Source: an uncultured bacterium
Lineage (GTDB): Bacteria; Armatimonadota; Abditibacteriia; Abditibacteriales; Abditibacteriaceae
NCBI GenBank assembly: GCA_963843795.1
Contig: CAWJLW010000006.1
Coordinates: 682,001 to 746,000, forward strand
Reading direction: 5' to 3'
DNA length: 64,000 nt
A program made the position numbers and the translations under genes. The notes under the pieces are model-generated. The model was not told the origin of the DNA and did not search any database. It was given only the letters and a program-made list of their open reading frames with translations. Shown here piece by piece: positions 1 through 10,141 of the stretch. Position 1 is the first letter of the stretch; each line of letters starts with the position of its first letter.

Positions 1-169
1 CCAACGAAGCGCCACGCGCGGCACTTTCAATGTTGGTAGATGCTGCCTGATGTGTCGTTGTATCGTGAAATTTGGCGTAATTAGACGAGGTGTTCGGGGA
101 AGATGTCTGCTGCGTGGAAACAGCGTAGTCGCGTGGCGAAGAAAAGGCGGTTTCAATGGTTTCGGTCAT
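1..169 (-). CDS. 5' part of a hypothetical protein running off the window edge (MTETIETAFSSPRDYAVST...)
   Basis: ATG at 169 on the minus strand preceded by AAAGGAGCGGAG (RBS-like); frame stays open to base 1. Confidence 0.5.
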   Translation of the reverse strand, partial: MTETIETAFSSPRDYAVSTQQTSSPNTSSNYAKFHDTTTHQAASTNIESAARGASL

Positions 170-477
170 AACGCTCCGCTCCTTTGCGAGGGCGCTACAG
201 CGTTGATCACTTTCAACGTTCAGCGTTGCGCTCGCATTAATAGTTCGTGCGAAACCCGACCTGTTTCGTAACTGATTGTAAATGAACTTTTTGTAAATTG
301 ACTTTTGGCTGTGCAGAAAAAATGCAGCAGTTCGTGCCCAACAAACCGTTTGGAAGCATTAATTTTCTCCACTTAAAACTTTAACAAGCGCTTGGCAAAG
401 TGCCTATCAGGAAACTCCTGACTTTTTTCTCAGGCATTTCACCAGAATTTTATTAAAAAATAAACTATTTAGTAATT

Positions 478-912
478 TTATTCAGTAATTTCAGAGGGCG
501 CCTCGACCCACCATTCGCCGTCGGGCGCGACTTCTTTTTTCCAGATCGGCACACGCTTTTTCAGTGTGTCGATAATCCAGCGGCACGCCTCGAAAGTTTC
601 GCCACGATGCGCGCCCGCGACCGCAATCATCACGCTCGCTTCACCAATTTTTAGGTGCCCCAGACGGTGACTAATCGCGCAGCGTATCGGCCACTGTTCC
701 TGAGCCTGCGCGGCGATTTTTTCCAATTCGCGCCGTGCCATCGTCTCGTAACACGAATATTCGAGATAAGAAGTCGCGCTGCTTTCGCCGGTTTCGCGCA
801 CACCGTAGTCGCGCACCGTGCCGGTGAAGGTTGCGATAGCGCCCGCGCCCGCGTGGGCAACGGCGTTGATTAAAGCGTCCAAACTCAATTTTTCCGTCGT
901 TAATTCGATCAT
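478..912 (-). CDS. moaE: Molybdopterin synthase catalytic subunit
   Basis: GAIATFTGTVRD, LEYSCY, HRLGHLKIGEASV and IDTLKKRVPIWKKE motifs; start placed at MIELTTE. Confidence 0.93.
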   Translation of the reverse strand: MIELTTEKLSLDALINAVAHAGAGAIATFTGTVRDYGVRETGESSATSYLEYSCYETMARRELEKIAAQAQEQWPIRCAISHRLGHLKIGEASVMIAVAGAHRGETFEACRWIIDTLKKRVPIWKKEVAPDGEWWVEAPSEITE

Positions 913-1071
913 GCTTTTAATGGCATCACAAAGAAAATGAGCGCTGCAAGTACTTGCGACTGCTTTCGACATTCGCTGAGCCAAAAATTCGCCAGTTTTC
1001 ATCGAATCGAATCATGCATGTGTGCGAAAAAAGCCCTGCAAGTACTTGCGCGGCTTTGTTGTAATTGAATC

Positions 1072-3354
1072 ATGGCTTTTTCCGATTCTTCTTATGCGTC
1101 CGGCACCGTTTCCAGCTTGCTCGATTCCCCACACGTTTCGCCCGCCACGCGCGCGGTTTTACAGGAACGCTTGGCGCCACCCACTGCACCACAATTTTTT
1201 GATGAGGGCGAATTTCGCACGCTGGAAGCGATTTGCGCGCGTCTCTTGCCACAGCCCGACCGCGAAACGCCAATTCCCATCGCTAGCGGAATTGACGAAC
1301 GCTTGCAGCAGAATCGCAGCGATGGTTGGCGCTACGATGTCATGCCGCCCGACCGTGAAAGTTACCGCGATGGTTTGCGTGCTTTGAACGAAATAGCGCG
1401 CAGTGAAAGCGGCGCAACGTTCGTCGCTTTGACGATTGAACAGCAAGACGATTTGCTAGAGCGCGTTCAAAACGGTATCGAATGGAGCGGGCCAAACGCG
1501 CGCTTGTGGTTTGAAGAATTGCTCCATGAGGCGACTGAAAATTACGTTGCGCATCCATTGGCCCATGAAGAAATGGGCTACGCGGGTTTCGCTGATCGTC
1601 CCGGCTGGACGAAAATCGAACTCAACGAGCGCGAAGACCGCGAGCCACCCGAAAATCAGCCCGATTGGGAAGTTCCCGCCGGCTCGCTTTCCAATGGTGA
1701 AGTCGAAGAAATTCAGCACGCCGGAAGCGTTTTTGAATTGCTGGCGGGCGTCGAAATGAAAACTTATGGCACTGACGAAGAAGTTGATGTCATTGTCATT
1801 GGAACCGGCGCGGGCGGCGCTCCGGTACTGGCGCGTTTGGCGGCTGCGGGTCTGAGCGTGGTTGCTTTGGAAGCCGGTCGCTGGTTCCAGCCGCAGCGCG
1901 ATTTTGCGACTGATGAAAAATCGCAGCATCCTTTGTTTTGGAACGACGAGCGTTTGAGCGCGGGCACGCACCCGACGGCATTTGGCAACAACAACAGCGG
2001 AACCGGTGTCGGCGGCTCCACGCTGCATTACACCGCATATGTGCCACGCGCGCAGGCCGACGATTTGAAATTGCGCACCGAATTCGGCGTTGGTGTCGAT
2101 TGGCCAATAGATTTCTCTGAAATTGAACCGTATTACGGTGAAGTCGAGCAGTTCATTGGTGTTTCCGGCCCGACGCCGTTTCCGTGGGGTGCGCCGCGTT
2201 CGCAGGGCTATCCACTTGGCCCGCTGCCCTTGAACGGCGCAGCTCAATTAATGGCGCGCGGTTGCGATGCTCTCGGCATTGCTTATGCGCCCGCGGCCAA
2301 TGCCGCGCTTTCGGCTCCGTATTATCGCCAAGGCGTGGGTTGGCGTCGCGCCTGTACTAATCGAGGCTTTTGTCAGGCCGGTTGCTCGACGGGCGCTAAG
2401 TCTTCGATGGACGTGACGTACATTCCGCTTGCCTTGCAGCACGGCGCGGAAATTCGCGCCGAAAGTTTCGTTACTACCTTGGAAACCGATGAGCGCGGCC
2501 ACATTATATCTGTGGTTTATCAACAAGACGGCAAAACAATGCGCCAGAAATGTCGCCACGTCTTTTTGTGCGCTGGTGCGATTGAAACGCCGCGCCTGCT
2601 GATGCTGAACAATTTATGCAAGGCAGGCGGCCACCTTGGGCATCATTTCATGACGCATCCGGGCTTGCAATTGTGGGCGAATTTTGAGGAAGCAACCCGA
2701 CCGTTCAAAGGCATTCCGGGCGCTTTGATTTCCGAAGAAACTCATCGGCCCAATCAGTTCGAGTCGATGAAACAGTTCGGCGAAGTCGATTTTGCGGGCG
2801 GTTATCTATTGCAATCTATCGGCGTAATGCCGGTAACATATGCTGTGCAACGCGCGCGCGGCGTGCGCGAGCAGGGTGGCGGCATCTGGGGCGAAGAATT
2901 ACGCGAAGATATTCGGCGTTACAATCATGTCGCGGGCATCAATGTTTTGGGAGAAGGTTTGCCGTATGATGGCAATCGCATGGAACTTTCTAGCGAAACC
3001 GATGTGCGCGGCCTGCCTAAACCGCGCGTTTATCACAGCGCGGGCGATAACGAACGCAAGCTCATCGCGCATTCCGACCGTGTGATGCGCGCGATTTTTG
3101 AGGCCGCCGGCGCGCGCGACATTTGGAGCTTAAACCGCTTCGCACACATTATGGGCACCTGTCGGATGTCCAGTCAAAGCCATGATGGCGTCGTGAATAG
3201 CGAAGGCCGCGCGTGGGAAGTTCCGAACTTGTGGATTAGCGATAACTCGACTTTCCCTTCGTCGCTCAGTTGTAATCCTTCCTTGACAATAATGGCCCTA
3301 GCGTTGCGCACCGCTGATAAATTTCTGGCGAGATTGAATCGCAACGAAGCATAG
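1072..3354 (+). CDS. GMC-family FAD oxidoreductase with a fused N-terminal gluconate 2-dehydrogenase subunit-3-like domain
   Basis: DVIVIGTGAGG FAD motif, GVGGSTLHY, C-terminal HIMGTCRM and NPSLTIMALALR; the N-terminal ~190 aa (FRTLEAICARLLP...Y.AHP...EMGY.G) resemble subunit 3. Confidence 0.85.
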   Translation: MAFSDSSYASGTVSSLLDSPHVSPATRAVLQERLAPPTAPQFFDEGEFRTLEAICARLLPQPDRETPIPIASGIDERLQQNRSDGWRYDVMPPDRESYRDGLRALNEIARSESGATFVALTIEQQDDLLERVQNGIEWSGPNARLWFEELLHEATENYVAHPLAHEEMGYAGFADRPGWTKIELNEREDREPPENQPDWEVPAGSLSNGEVEEIQHAGSVFELLAGVEMKTYGTDEEVDVIVIGTGAGGAPVLARLAAAGLSVVALEAGRWFQPQRDFATDEKSQHPLFWNDERLSAGTHPTAFGNNNSGTGVGGSTLHYTAYVPRAQADDLKLRTEFGVGVDWPIDFSEIEPYYGEVEQFIGVSGPTPFPWGAPRSQGYPLGPLPLNGAAQLMARGCDALGIAYAPAANAALSAPYYRQGVGWRRACTNRGFCQAGCSTGAKSSMDVTYIPLALQHGAEIRAESFVTTLETDERGHIISVVYQQDGKTMRQKCRHVFLCAGAIETPRLLMLNNLCKAGGHLGHHFMTHPGLQLWANFEEATRPFKGIPGALISEETHRPNQFESMKQFGEVDFAGGYLLQSIGVMPVTYAVQRARGVREQGGGIWGEELREDIRRYNHVAGINVLGEGLPYDGNRMELSSETDVRGLPKPRVYHSAGDNERKLIAHSDRVMRAIFEAAGARDIWSLNRFAHIMGTCRMSSQSHDGVVNSEGRAWEVPNLWISDNSTFPSSLSCNPSLTIMALALRTADKFLARLNRNEA

Positions 3355-3366
3355 AAACAATAAAAA

Positions 3367-3394
3367 AGCGTGCTGCAAGTACCTGCAGCACGCT
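3367..3394. terminator. Hairpin centred on a variant palindrome, downstream of the GMC gene
   Basis: AGCGTGCTGCA-AGTACC-TGCAGCACGCT with an A-tract on the left. Confidence 0.55.
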
Positions 3395-3567
3395 CTTGCT
3401 ATTGAGTGGGCAAGTTTCGCAGTTTGAGAGATTCTCGTAGGATGCGGGTTTCTGCAAAAACAATCAACTATAAACAAATCGCAACGCTTTAGCACGCGGC
3501 GGCGTCACGATGGCCTTGCAAGTACTTGCGGCGCTAAACTATGACGGCAGCATAAGGAGATACGAAA

Positions 3568-4215
3568 ATGAAAATGTTATTGATGGGCGCACTCGCGCTT
3601 GGCACAGCGGGCGCGGTTTACGCGGCCTCGACGATTCACAAAGCCGACACGAAAGTCATTGAAAGCCCCAAAACTGGAACCGCCAAAATGGACAATACCC
3701 AAAGCAAAACCGATGTAAAAACTCCAGCCGTCTTGAATTTCACCATGAATTCTTTGGAAGGCAAGCCGGTCGATCTGGGTCGCTACGCGGGCAAAGTGGT
3801 GTTGATCGTCAACACGGCCAGCAAATGCGGATTCACGCCGCAATACAAAGGCTTGCAGGCGCTTAATGAGAAATATAAAGCTCAAGGCTTGGAAATCTTG
3901 GGTTTTCCGGCTAACGATTTCGGCCAGCAGGAGCCGGGCACCGCTGCGGAAATCGGCACTTTCTGCGAGAAAAATTACGGCGTCACATTCGATATGTTCG
4001 ATAAGGTCGCAGTGACCGGCGATAACAAAACGCCGTTATATAAATTTCTTACCGAAAAAGATACCAACCCAAAATATTCCGGCGAAATCGGTTGGAATTT
4101 CGAAAAGTTTCTCATCGGTCGCGACGGTGAAATTCTCAGCCGCTTCAAATCTGCTATCACACCGCAGTCCGAAGAAATGACGACTGCCATTGAAGCCGCG
4201 CTCAAAGCTCAATAA
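3568..4215 (+). CDS. Glutathione peroxidase (Cys type) with signal peptide
   Basis: IVNTASKCGFTPQY, LGFPANDFGQQEPG and WNFEKFLIGRDG motifs; AAGGAG RBS. Confidence 0.93.
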   Translation: MKMLLMGALALGTAGAVYAASTIHKADTKVIESPKTGTAKMDNTQSKTDVKTPAVLNFTMNSLEGKPVDLGRYAGKVVLIVNTASKCGFTPQYKGLQALNEKYKAQGLEILGFPANDFGQQEPGTAAEIGTFCEKNYGVTFDMFDKVAVTGDNKTPLYKFLTEKDTNPKYSGEIGWNFEKFLIGRDGEILSRFKSAITPQSEEMTTAIEAALKAQ

Positions 4216-4231
4216 TTCGCCTCCAGAACAG

Positions 4232-4268
4232 AAAAACGCCTCGTTTCCATTGGAAACGAGGCGTTTTT
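4232..4268. terminator. Bidirectional intrinsic terminator
   Basis: AAAAACGCCTCGTTTCCA-T-TGGAAACGAGGCGTTTTT between convergent genes. Confidence 0.8.
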
Positions 4269-4300
4269 GCGTCTGCAAGCACTTGCATCGATGGATTAAA

Positions 4301-5203
4301 TTACACCACGCACAAATTGGCGGCAGTTTCGAGTGAATCAAGGCCGCGTTTGGGCAAAAATTCGTGGGCGAAGGTGCCTTTGAAACCCATATCAGCAATC
4401 GCGCGCGCAATGGGAACGTAGCTCAGCTCCTGCAAATGTGGGTCGATGTCGTTGCGACCCGGCACGCCCGCCGTGTGATAATGGCCGATGTGGTCTTTGA
4501 ACTCGCGGAAAGTCGCGATGACATCGCCTTCTTGCACTTGCATATGATAAATGTCGTAAAGCAAACGGAAATTATCCGAACCTACGGCATCGACCAATTT
4601 CGCGCCCCAAGCCGTGCGGTCGCACATGTAATCGGCGTGATTGCGCTTGGAATTCAACAGTTCCATGTGGATGACAACGTTCTTTTCCTTTGCGAAATCA
4701 ACGACTTGTTTCAGTGCCGTCGCGCAGTTTTTCAAGCCTTCATCGTCGCTCATACCCGCGCGATTGCCGGAAAAGCAAATAACAGCGGGAAAGCCCGCAG
4801 CGGAAGTGGCTTCGATAGATTTGCGAATTTGGCCCAAACATTCTTCGTGATTTTCCAATCGATTTAAGCCTTTTGTGATGCCATGTGAAGGCGTCATGGT
4901 ACCAATCAAGCCGTGTTTTTTCAAGGTTTCAAAATGCTCTGGCCCGACCAGATCGATGCCCATCAAACCAATTTGCGCCGCGCGCGTGGCTAATTCTTCG
5001 ACCGGCGTGCCGCCGAAACACCACTGACAAACCGATTGGTTCAATCGTCCTTCGCGCACCGCTTTGGCTGCGGCGGCTTTATCTGCTGTGGGCGCTGGTG
5101 CTGTGTCCTGCGCTTGTGCGCCACGCAAAACCGCCAAAGCGCCCGCTTGTGCCGCTGCTCCAATGACGACGGCGCGCCGCGTAAATTTCAATTTCTCGTC
5201 CAT
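4301..5203 (-). CDS. Hydroxypyruvate isomerase-family TIM-barrel protein with Tat signal
   Basis: TRRAV Tat-like leader; ICFSGNR, MELLNS, LLYDIYHMQVQEGD and HYHTAGVPGR motifs. Confidence 0.88.
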   Translation of the reverse strand: MDEKLKFTRRAVVIGAAAQAGALAVLRGAQAQDTAPAPTADKAAAAKAVREGRLNQSVCQWCFGGTPVEELATRAAQIGLMGIDLVGPEHFETLKKHGLIGTMTPSHGITKGLNRLENHEECLGQIRKSIEATSAAGFPAVICFSGNRAGMSDDEGLKNCATALKQVVDFAKEKNVVIHMELLNSKRNHADYMCDRTAWGAKLVDAVGSDNFRLLYDIYHMQVQEGDVIATFREFKDHIGHYHTAGVPGRNDIDPHLQELSYVPIARAIADMGFKGTFAHEFLPKRGLDSLETAANLCVV

Positions 5204-5301
5204 AATTCCTCCGCTTGGCTCCTAAAATTTCGTCTTGCAAGTACTTGCAGAACAGTTTGTGACAGCAAGCGCGACGCAATAGTGTCGAATTCAACCTGAA
5301 G

Positions 5302-7407
5302 TTAAGCCTGCGCCGGAACCACGAAAATCACTACATCGCTTTGAACCGGCGATGTGGAAAGTTTGACGGTGTTTTTGTCGGTAATTTGCAAATTTTCGGT
5401 GTGCAAAGTTTGACCTTTCACAGTGCTCATCCAGGTCGCGCGATATTTTCCGGGCTTCAAACCCTGAACTGTTATATTCCCCGTTGCGGCTCCGGTTTCA
5501 TCATCGCGCTCGCCATTGGCAGTCAGCCACGCGGCCCAGAATTGGGTGTTGCCCAGCGCCCGCGCGGCCAATGCCGGCGCATAATCTGACAAGCTAAAGC
5601 GCTCGATCACTGCCCAATCTGGGCCGCTGTTTTCCAGCGTCACAACTTGCGGCCCGGTGGGCACTTCAATCGCCAAGACAGCTTTATCGCCTTTGAGCGT
5701 TGAGTCGTTTTCAGTCGCGGGAAAATCGCGTTCGATAACTTTATCGCCAACGCTCAATTTGAGCTGCGCGCCCGCTTTGGCGATTTGTGTCAGTTGAACC
5801 GTGAAGCGGCCCGGTTGCGTAAAATTGACTTTGAAACGCAAGGGTTGTGGATTCATGGCGCGATGATTTTGGCCTTGTAAGAACTTCGGCAAAGTGTCGA
5901 TGCCAAGCGGCGCGCCGTTGGGTTCAACGACAAATTCATTTTGTTTGGCTTCTCCCCAACCCGCGCCCGGCCCGAAGCTGAGTTCGCCGCGCTCTTTGGT
6001 CGTGACTTCAGGCTGCAACGTTTGCAAATCGTTTTGGTTGGCCAATTGGCTGGCGCGCAGAAATTGTGACGCACCCACAAAATGAGAATATAAATCGTAT
6101 TTCTCGACGGCCTCCCAATCCCAATACTGCGCCGCGCCGCTGTTACCGCTCATCAAACCGGCCCACAAACCCTGATGCAAGTACTTGCCAGTCGGGTCTT
6201 GCAAATTCGGCGGGCCAAATTCGCCGACGAAAAACGGTTTCGTCCATTCTTTGCCTTCGGGTTTGCCCAGCGCGACAATCAAATCGGAAGGATAGGAATG
6301 TTCCTGAATGAAATCCATATTCTTCCAAACTTCGGGTGTCAGTTCGCCACTGGAACTGGTGGTAATCAGATGATGAAACGGGTCTTGTGCGCGCAGAAAA
6401 GCCGCCATTTCGCTGTGCCAGTTGGCGATTTCGGGCCACATTTTGGCTTTGGCAGCGTCGGTAAACTGCACTTCGTTGAACAGCTCCCACGCCAAAATCG
6501 ACGGCGAGTAACCCCACCGCGCAATCGCGTAACGCAGCTTCCGTTTGGTGAGTGCTTTGGCACGTTCGTTGGTGAAAAATTCTTCCGGCTTGTCTAAAAA
6601 CCCACCGTTTTTGGTGTTATACGGATTGTCGTCCCAGTTCGGATTGGTGGTTGTCGAATACTGGCCATGATGCTGCAAAGTCATCTGAATCGCCATATCG
6701 TTGCGTCCGGCGCGCTGCACGATGGCGTCCCATTTTCGCGCGGCTTCCAAATTCAAATCGCCCAAATTCCCTTTCAAAGGCCAATCGAGGTTTTTGCCGT
6801 CCCAATGATTCATCCACACGCGCGCCCAGTTCTCGCCGTGGGCGCTCATTCTGGAAAGAACGTTGGGAATATCGGGCACGTCTTTGCTCGTCCACGCCAC
6901 GTTGTGGCCGAGGGGAAAATAGCGCGCACCGTTATCATATACAAAGTGCGTGGGCGCGTTGGGGTCAATGCGCACGAAGCCCTTCCCGAACGCTTCTTTT
7001 TGGGTTTGGGGCAACGGCGTTTTTTCGCCATTCACGCTGATCCCACCGACTTGACGCGCGGTTTCGATTTTCTGTCCGTTGAGCGTGATGTCGCCCCAGC
7101 GCAGATAAGGCGAAAGCGGTGTGAAGCGCGCGCGCCATTGCGTGCCGCCATCGAAAAACGCGGGCACGCTGTATGCCCGTCCGCCCGCGCGCAGTTGCAC
7201 TTGCACATCGGTGGCGAGATAATCGAACGGATCGGTGATTAAATCGGGCAGTTCAAACGCGATTTCCTGCGACAAATAATGGCCGCTTCTGACAACTTGT
7301 TGGGGTTGAAGGGGAACCGTTGGCATTGGAAGAACCGCGGGCGCGCCCTGGCAAAGATTGGTAGAAGCCAGCAGCGCGCAGATAGAGAGGGCGAAACAGG
7401 TTTTCAT
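5302..7407 (-). CDS. Secreted clan GH-A (GH5-like) glycoside hydrolase with DUF5060-like N-terminus
   Basis: Signal peptide; PAFFDGGTQWRARFTP; AWELFNEV acid/base and FVGEFG nucleophile motifs. Confidence 0.78.
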   Translation of the reverse strand: MKTCFALSICALLASTNLCQGAPAVLPMPTVPLQPQQVVRSGHYLSQEIAFELPDLITDPFDYLATDVQVQLRAGGRAYSVPAFFDGGTQWRARFTPLSPYLRWGDITLNGQKIETARQVGGISVNGEKTPLPQTQKEAFGKGFVRIDPNAPTHFVYDNGARYFPLGHNVAWTSKDVPDIPNVLSRMSAHGENWARVWMNHWDGKNLDWPLKGNLGDLNLEAARKWDAIVQRAGRNDMAIQMTLQHHGQYSTTTNPNWDDNPYNTKNGGFLDKPEEFFTNERAKALTKRKLRYAIARWGYSPSILAWELFNEVQFTDAAKAKMWPEIANWHSEMAAFLRAQDPFHHLITTSSSGELTPEVWKNMDFIQEHSYPSDLIVALGKPEGKEWTKPFFVGEFGPPNLQDPTGKYLHQGLWAGLMSGNSGAAQYWDWEAVEKYDLYSHFVGASQFLRASQLANQNDLQTLQPEVTTKERGELSFGPGAGWGEAKQNEFVVEPNGAPLGIDTLPKFLQGQNHRAMNPQPLRFKVNFTQPGRFTVQLTQIAKAGAQLKLSVGDKVIERDFPATENDSTLKGDKAVLAIEVPTGPQVVTLENSGPDWAVIERFSLSDYAPALAARALGNTQFWAAWLTANGERDDETGAATGNITVQGLKPGKYRATWMSTVKGQTLHTENLQITDKNTVKLSTSPVQSDVVIFVVPAQA

Positions 7408-7434
7408 GCCACCAGTTTAGCCCGCAGCGGCACA

Positions 7435-7842
7435 TCAATTGTCATCGGATACGCGTGCGCCGTTGAGTGAGTTGGGCGGACGCGGCGATTCGGGGCGCGG
7501 CACATAAACCACATCGCTATCTTGCAAAACGGGCGCTTCCTTGTCGATCTGCTCCAAGGAAAAACGCATCTGCTCAACTTCGTTGTCTTTGTTGCGGCGC
7601 AGCAATAGCACGACATCGAACTGATTGTCCTTATCAATGCCGCCCGCCAACTTCAAGGCCTGAGAGGCAGTCATTTTTTCGCCACTTCGCAGCCAGAAAA
7701 TACCCGGTTTGTTGACATCGCCCACCACCGCAAACGTGCCATTTTTCGCAGCGGGCGTGGCCTTGACCGATTGAACTATTGGCGCAAAAAGGGAAAAAGA
7801 AAGCGAAACTATCAGTGAAATTGCGACAAAAACTTGCTTCAT
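7435..7842 (-). CDS. Secreted SLBB-domain protein
   Basis: VVGDVNKPG...ALKLAGG...[10 protein letters not shown] pattern of SLBB/Wza-like repeats. Confidence 0.75.
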   Translation of the reverse strand: MKQVFVAISLIVSLSFSLFAPIVQSVKATPAAKNGTFAVVGDVNKPGIFWLRSGEKMTASQALKLAGGIDKDNQFDVVLLLRRNKDNEVEQMRFSLEQIDKEAPVLQDSDVVYVPRPESPRPPNSLNGARVSDDN

Positions 7843-7981
7843 AAACGAACTTCAAACCAAAATATCAACTGTTGCCACTGCGCACCAATTGAGTTCGAAC
7901 TTCGATTTCAAAATTCGATTCGTTTTCAGTGGGTGCGACATCTTATTTTACTGCACAATTCAGTCGCGCCAATTCTTCCTC

Positions 7982-10084
7982 ATGACATTCACTTATTTGC
8001 CGCGTTTCGATGACAGCCGTCCGTTCGCTTCGCCTTACAGTCACGGTTTCGCCCGCGTCGCCGTTGCCATTCCCACTGTGCGCGTCGCCGACCCGCAATT
8101 CAACGTTGGGACAACGCTCGAACTCGCTCGTCGTGCTGATAAAGATCATGCCGCTATCACGCTGTTCCCTGAACTCGGAATTTCCGCGTATTCCAACGAC
8201 GATTTGTTTCAGCAAGACGCACTTCTCGATGGCGTCCAAAGCGCCCTGCAAGTACTTGCACACGCCAGTCGCGAGATTTCGACCCTACTATTAGTCGGTG
8301 CCCCGCTACGCTTCGATACTCAATTGTTTAATTGCGCGGTCGCGATTGCTAATGGTCAGATTCTCGGTATTGTCCCCAAAAGTTATTTGCCCAATTATCG
8401 CGAGTTTTATGAAAAACGCCAATTTTCTGCCGCGCGCACCGCGATTTCGTCTGAAGTTTCGCTTTTGGGCCAACGCGTGCCATTCGGCACCGACTTGATT
8501 TTCGAATGCGAAAACCTGCCCAACTGCGCCTTGCACGTCGAAATCTGCGAAGATTTGTGGACGCCGTTGCCACCAAGTACTTTGGGCGCGCTTGGCGGCG
8601 CGACGATTTTGGCGAACTTGTCAGCCTCGAATATTACCATCGGCAAAGCGCAATATCGCAAAGATTTGTGCGCGGCGCAATCGGGCAAATGTGTGGCGGC
8701 TTATCTGTATTCGGCTGCTGGCCCGGGCGAATCAACCACCGATTTGGCGTGGGACGGCGACGCGCTAATCTACGAAAACAACGAACTTCTGGCCGAAGCC
8801 GACCGCTTTTCGCAAGACGCGCAACTCATCAGCGCTGATATTGATTTGGAACGCCTGGCACAAGAACGCGCGCGATTAACCAGTTTTCACGATGCGCGCG
8901 GCGATTTTCGTCCTCTCATTGAAAAGATGCGCCGCGTGCGCTGGCAGTTCGATGCGCCTCAAAAGCCTGTCGCGCTACAACGCATCGTCGAACGATTTCC
9001 CTATGTACCCAACGCCACACGCGAGCGCGATGAGCGCTGTTACGAAGCTTATAACATTCAAGTTCACGGCCTGATGAAGCGTTTGCAAAGCGCGCGCATC
9101 GAGAAAATCGTCATCGGCGTTTCGGGCGGTTTGGATTCCACACACGCACTGATCGTCGCCGCGCGCACGATGGATCGTTTGGGTTGGCCGCGCGAAAACA
9201 TTCTGGGCTTTACCATGCCGGGTTTCGCCACCAGCCAGAACACGCTCCACAACGCGCACGCTTTGATGAACAGTTTGGGCATCACGTCGCACGAAATTGA
9301 CATCAAGCCAAGTTGTTTGCAAATGCTGCGCGATTTGGGTCATCCGTTCATTGACGGACAACCGCAGTACGACATCACTTTTGAAAATGTGCAGGCGGGC
9401 GAGCGCACCAGCCATCTGTTTCGTTTGGCCAATTTTCACAATGCGATTGTTCTTGGCACAGGCGATTTATCGGAATTGGCGCTGGGCTGGTGTACTTATG
9501 GTGTCGGCGACCACATGAGCCATTACAACGTGAACGCCAGCGTGCCCAAAACGCTGATTCAATACTTAATTCGGTGGGTCATCGCAAGCGGCCAGTTCGA
9601 AGGCGCGACCGGCGGCATTTTGCAGTCAATTTTAGATACCGAAATTTCACCTGAACTAATTCCAAGCGAAACCGGTGATGATGATAATCCTGATAAAGCA
9701 CCCTCGCAAAGCACGCAAGCGAAAATTGGCCCGTATGAACTGCAAGATTTCAATACTTATTACGTGACGCGCTACGGTTTTCGCCCCAGCAAAGTCGCGT
9801 ATCTCAGCCATTGCGCGTGGCACGACCGCGAGAATGGCGCGTGGCCAGCGGGCTTTGAAACTGCCGACCGCAACCAATACGATTTGGCCGAAATCAAAAA
9901 ATGGCTTGGCGTGTGGTTGTGGCGATTTTTTCAGACCAGCCAGTTCAAACGCTCGTGCGTTCCCAATGGTCCGAAAGTTGGCAGCGGTGGCAGCCTCAGC
10001 CCTCGCGGCGATTGGCGCGCGCCCAGTGACAGCGAAGCGACGGTTTGGCTGGACGAATTGAAAAATGTGCCGGATGAGATTTGA
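7982..10084 (+). CDS. nadE: Glutamine-dependent NAD(+) synthetase
   Basis: Nitrilase-like N-domain ([22 protein letters not shown]) plus [17 protein letters not shown] and SQFKRS. Confidence 0.96.
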   Translation: MTFTYLPRFDDSRPFASPYSHGFARVAVAIPTVRVADPQFNVGTTLELARRADKDHAAITLFPELGISAYSNDDLFQQDALLDGVQSALQVLAHASREISTLLLVGAPLRFDTQLFNCAVAIANGQILGIVPKSYLPNYREFYEKRQFSAARTAISSEVSLLGQRVPFGTDLIFECENLPNCALHVEICEDLWTPLPPSTLGALGGATILANLSASNITIGKAQYRKDLCAAQSGKCVAAYLYSAAGPGESTTDLAWDGDALIYENNELLAEADRFSQDAQLISADIDLERLAQERARLTSFHDARGDFRPLIEKMRRVRWQFDAPQKPVALQRIVERFPYVPNATRERDERCYEAYNIQVHGLMKRLQSARIEKIVIGVSGGLDSTHALIVAARTMDRLGWPRENILGFTMPGFATSQNTLHNAHALMNSLGITSHEIDIKPSCLQMLRDLGHPFIDGQPQYDITFENVQAGERTSHLFRLANFHNAIVLGTGDLSELALGWCTYGVGDHMSHYNVNASVPKTLIQYLIRWVIASGQFEGATGGILQSILDTEISPELIPSETGDDDNPDKAPSQSTQAKIGPYELQDFNTYYVTRYGFRPSKVAYLSHCAWHDRENGAWPAGFETADRNQYDLAEIKKWLGVWLWRFFQTSQFKRSCVPNGPKVGSGGSLSPRGDWRAPSDSEATVWLDELKNVPDEI

Positions 10085-10087
10085 ATT

Positions 10088-10139
10088 TGAGAAGCAAAAA
10101 GCGCGCTGCAAGTACTTGCAGAGCGCTTTTTGCTTCTCA
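10088..10139. terminator. 52-bp inverted repeat (1 mismatch) centred on TGCAAGTACTTGCA; probable bidirectional terminator between nadE and rpoN
   Basis: TGAGAAGCAAAAAGCGCGC-TGCAAGTACTTGCA-GAGCGCTTTTTGCTTCTCA between convergent stops. Confidence 0.75.
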
Positions 10140-10141
10140 GA

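Noticed and set aside
3826..3828. Selenocysteine in the glutathione peroxidase
   Set aside because: The active-site codon is TGC (Cys)
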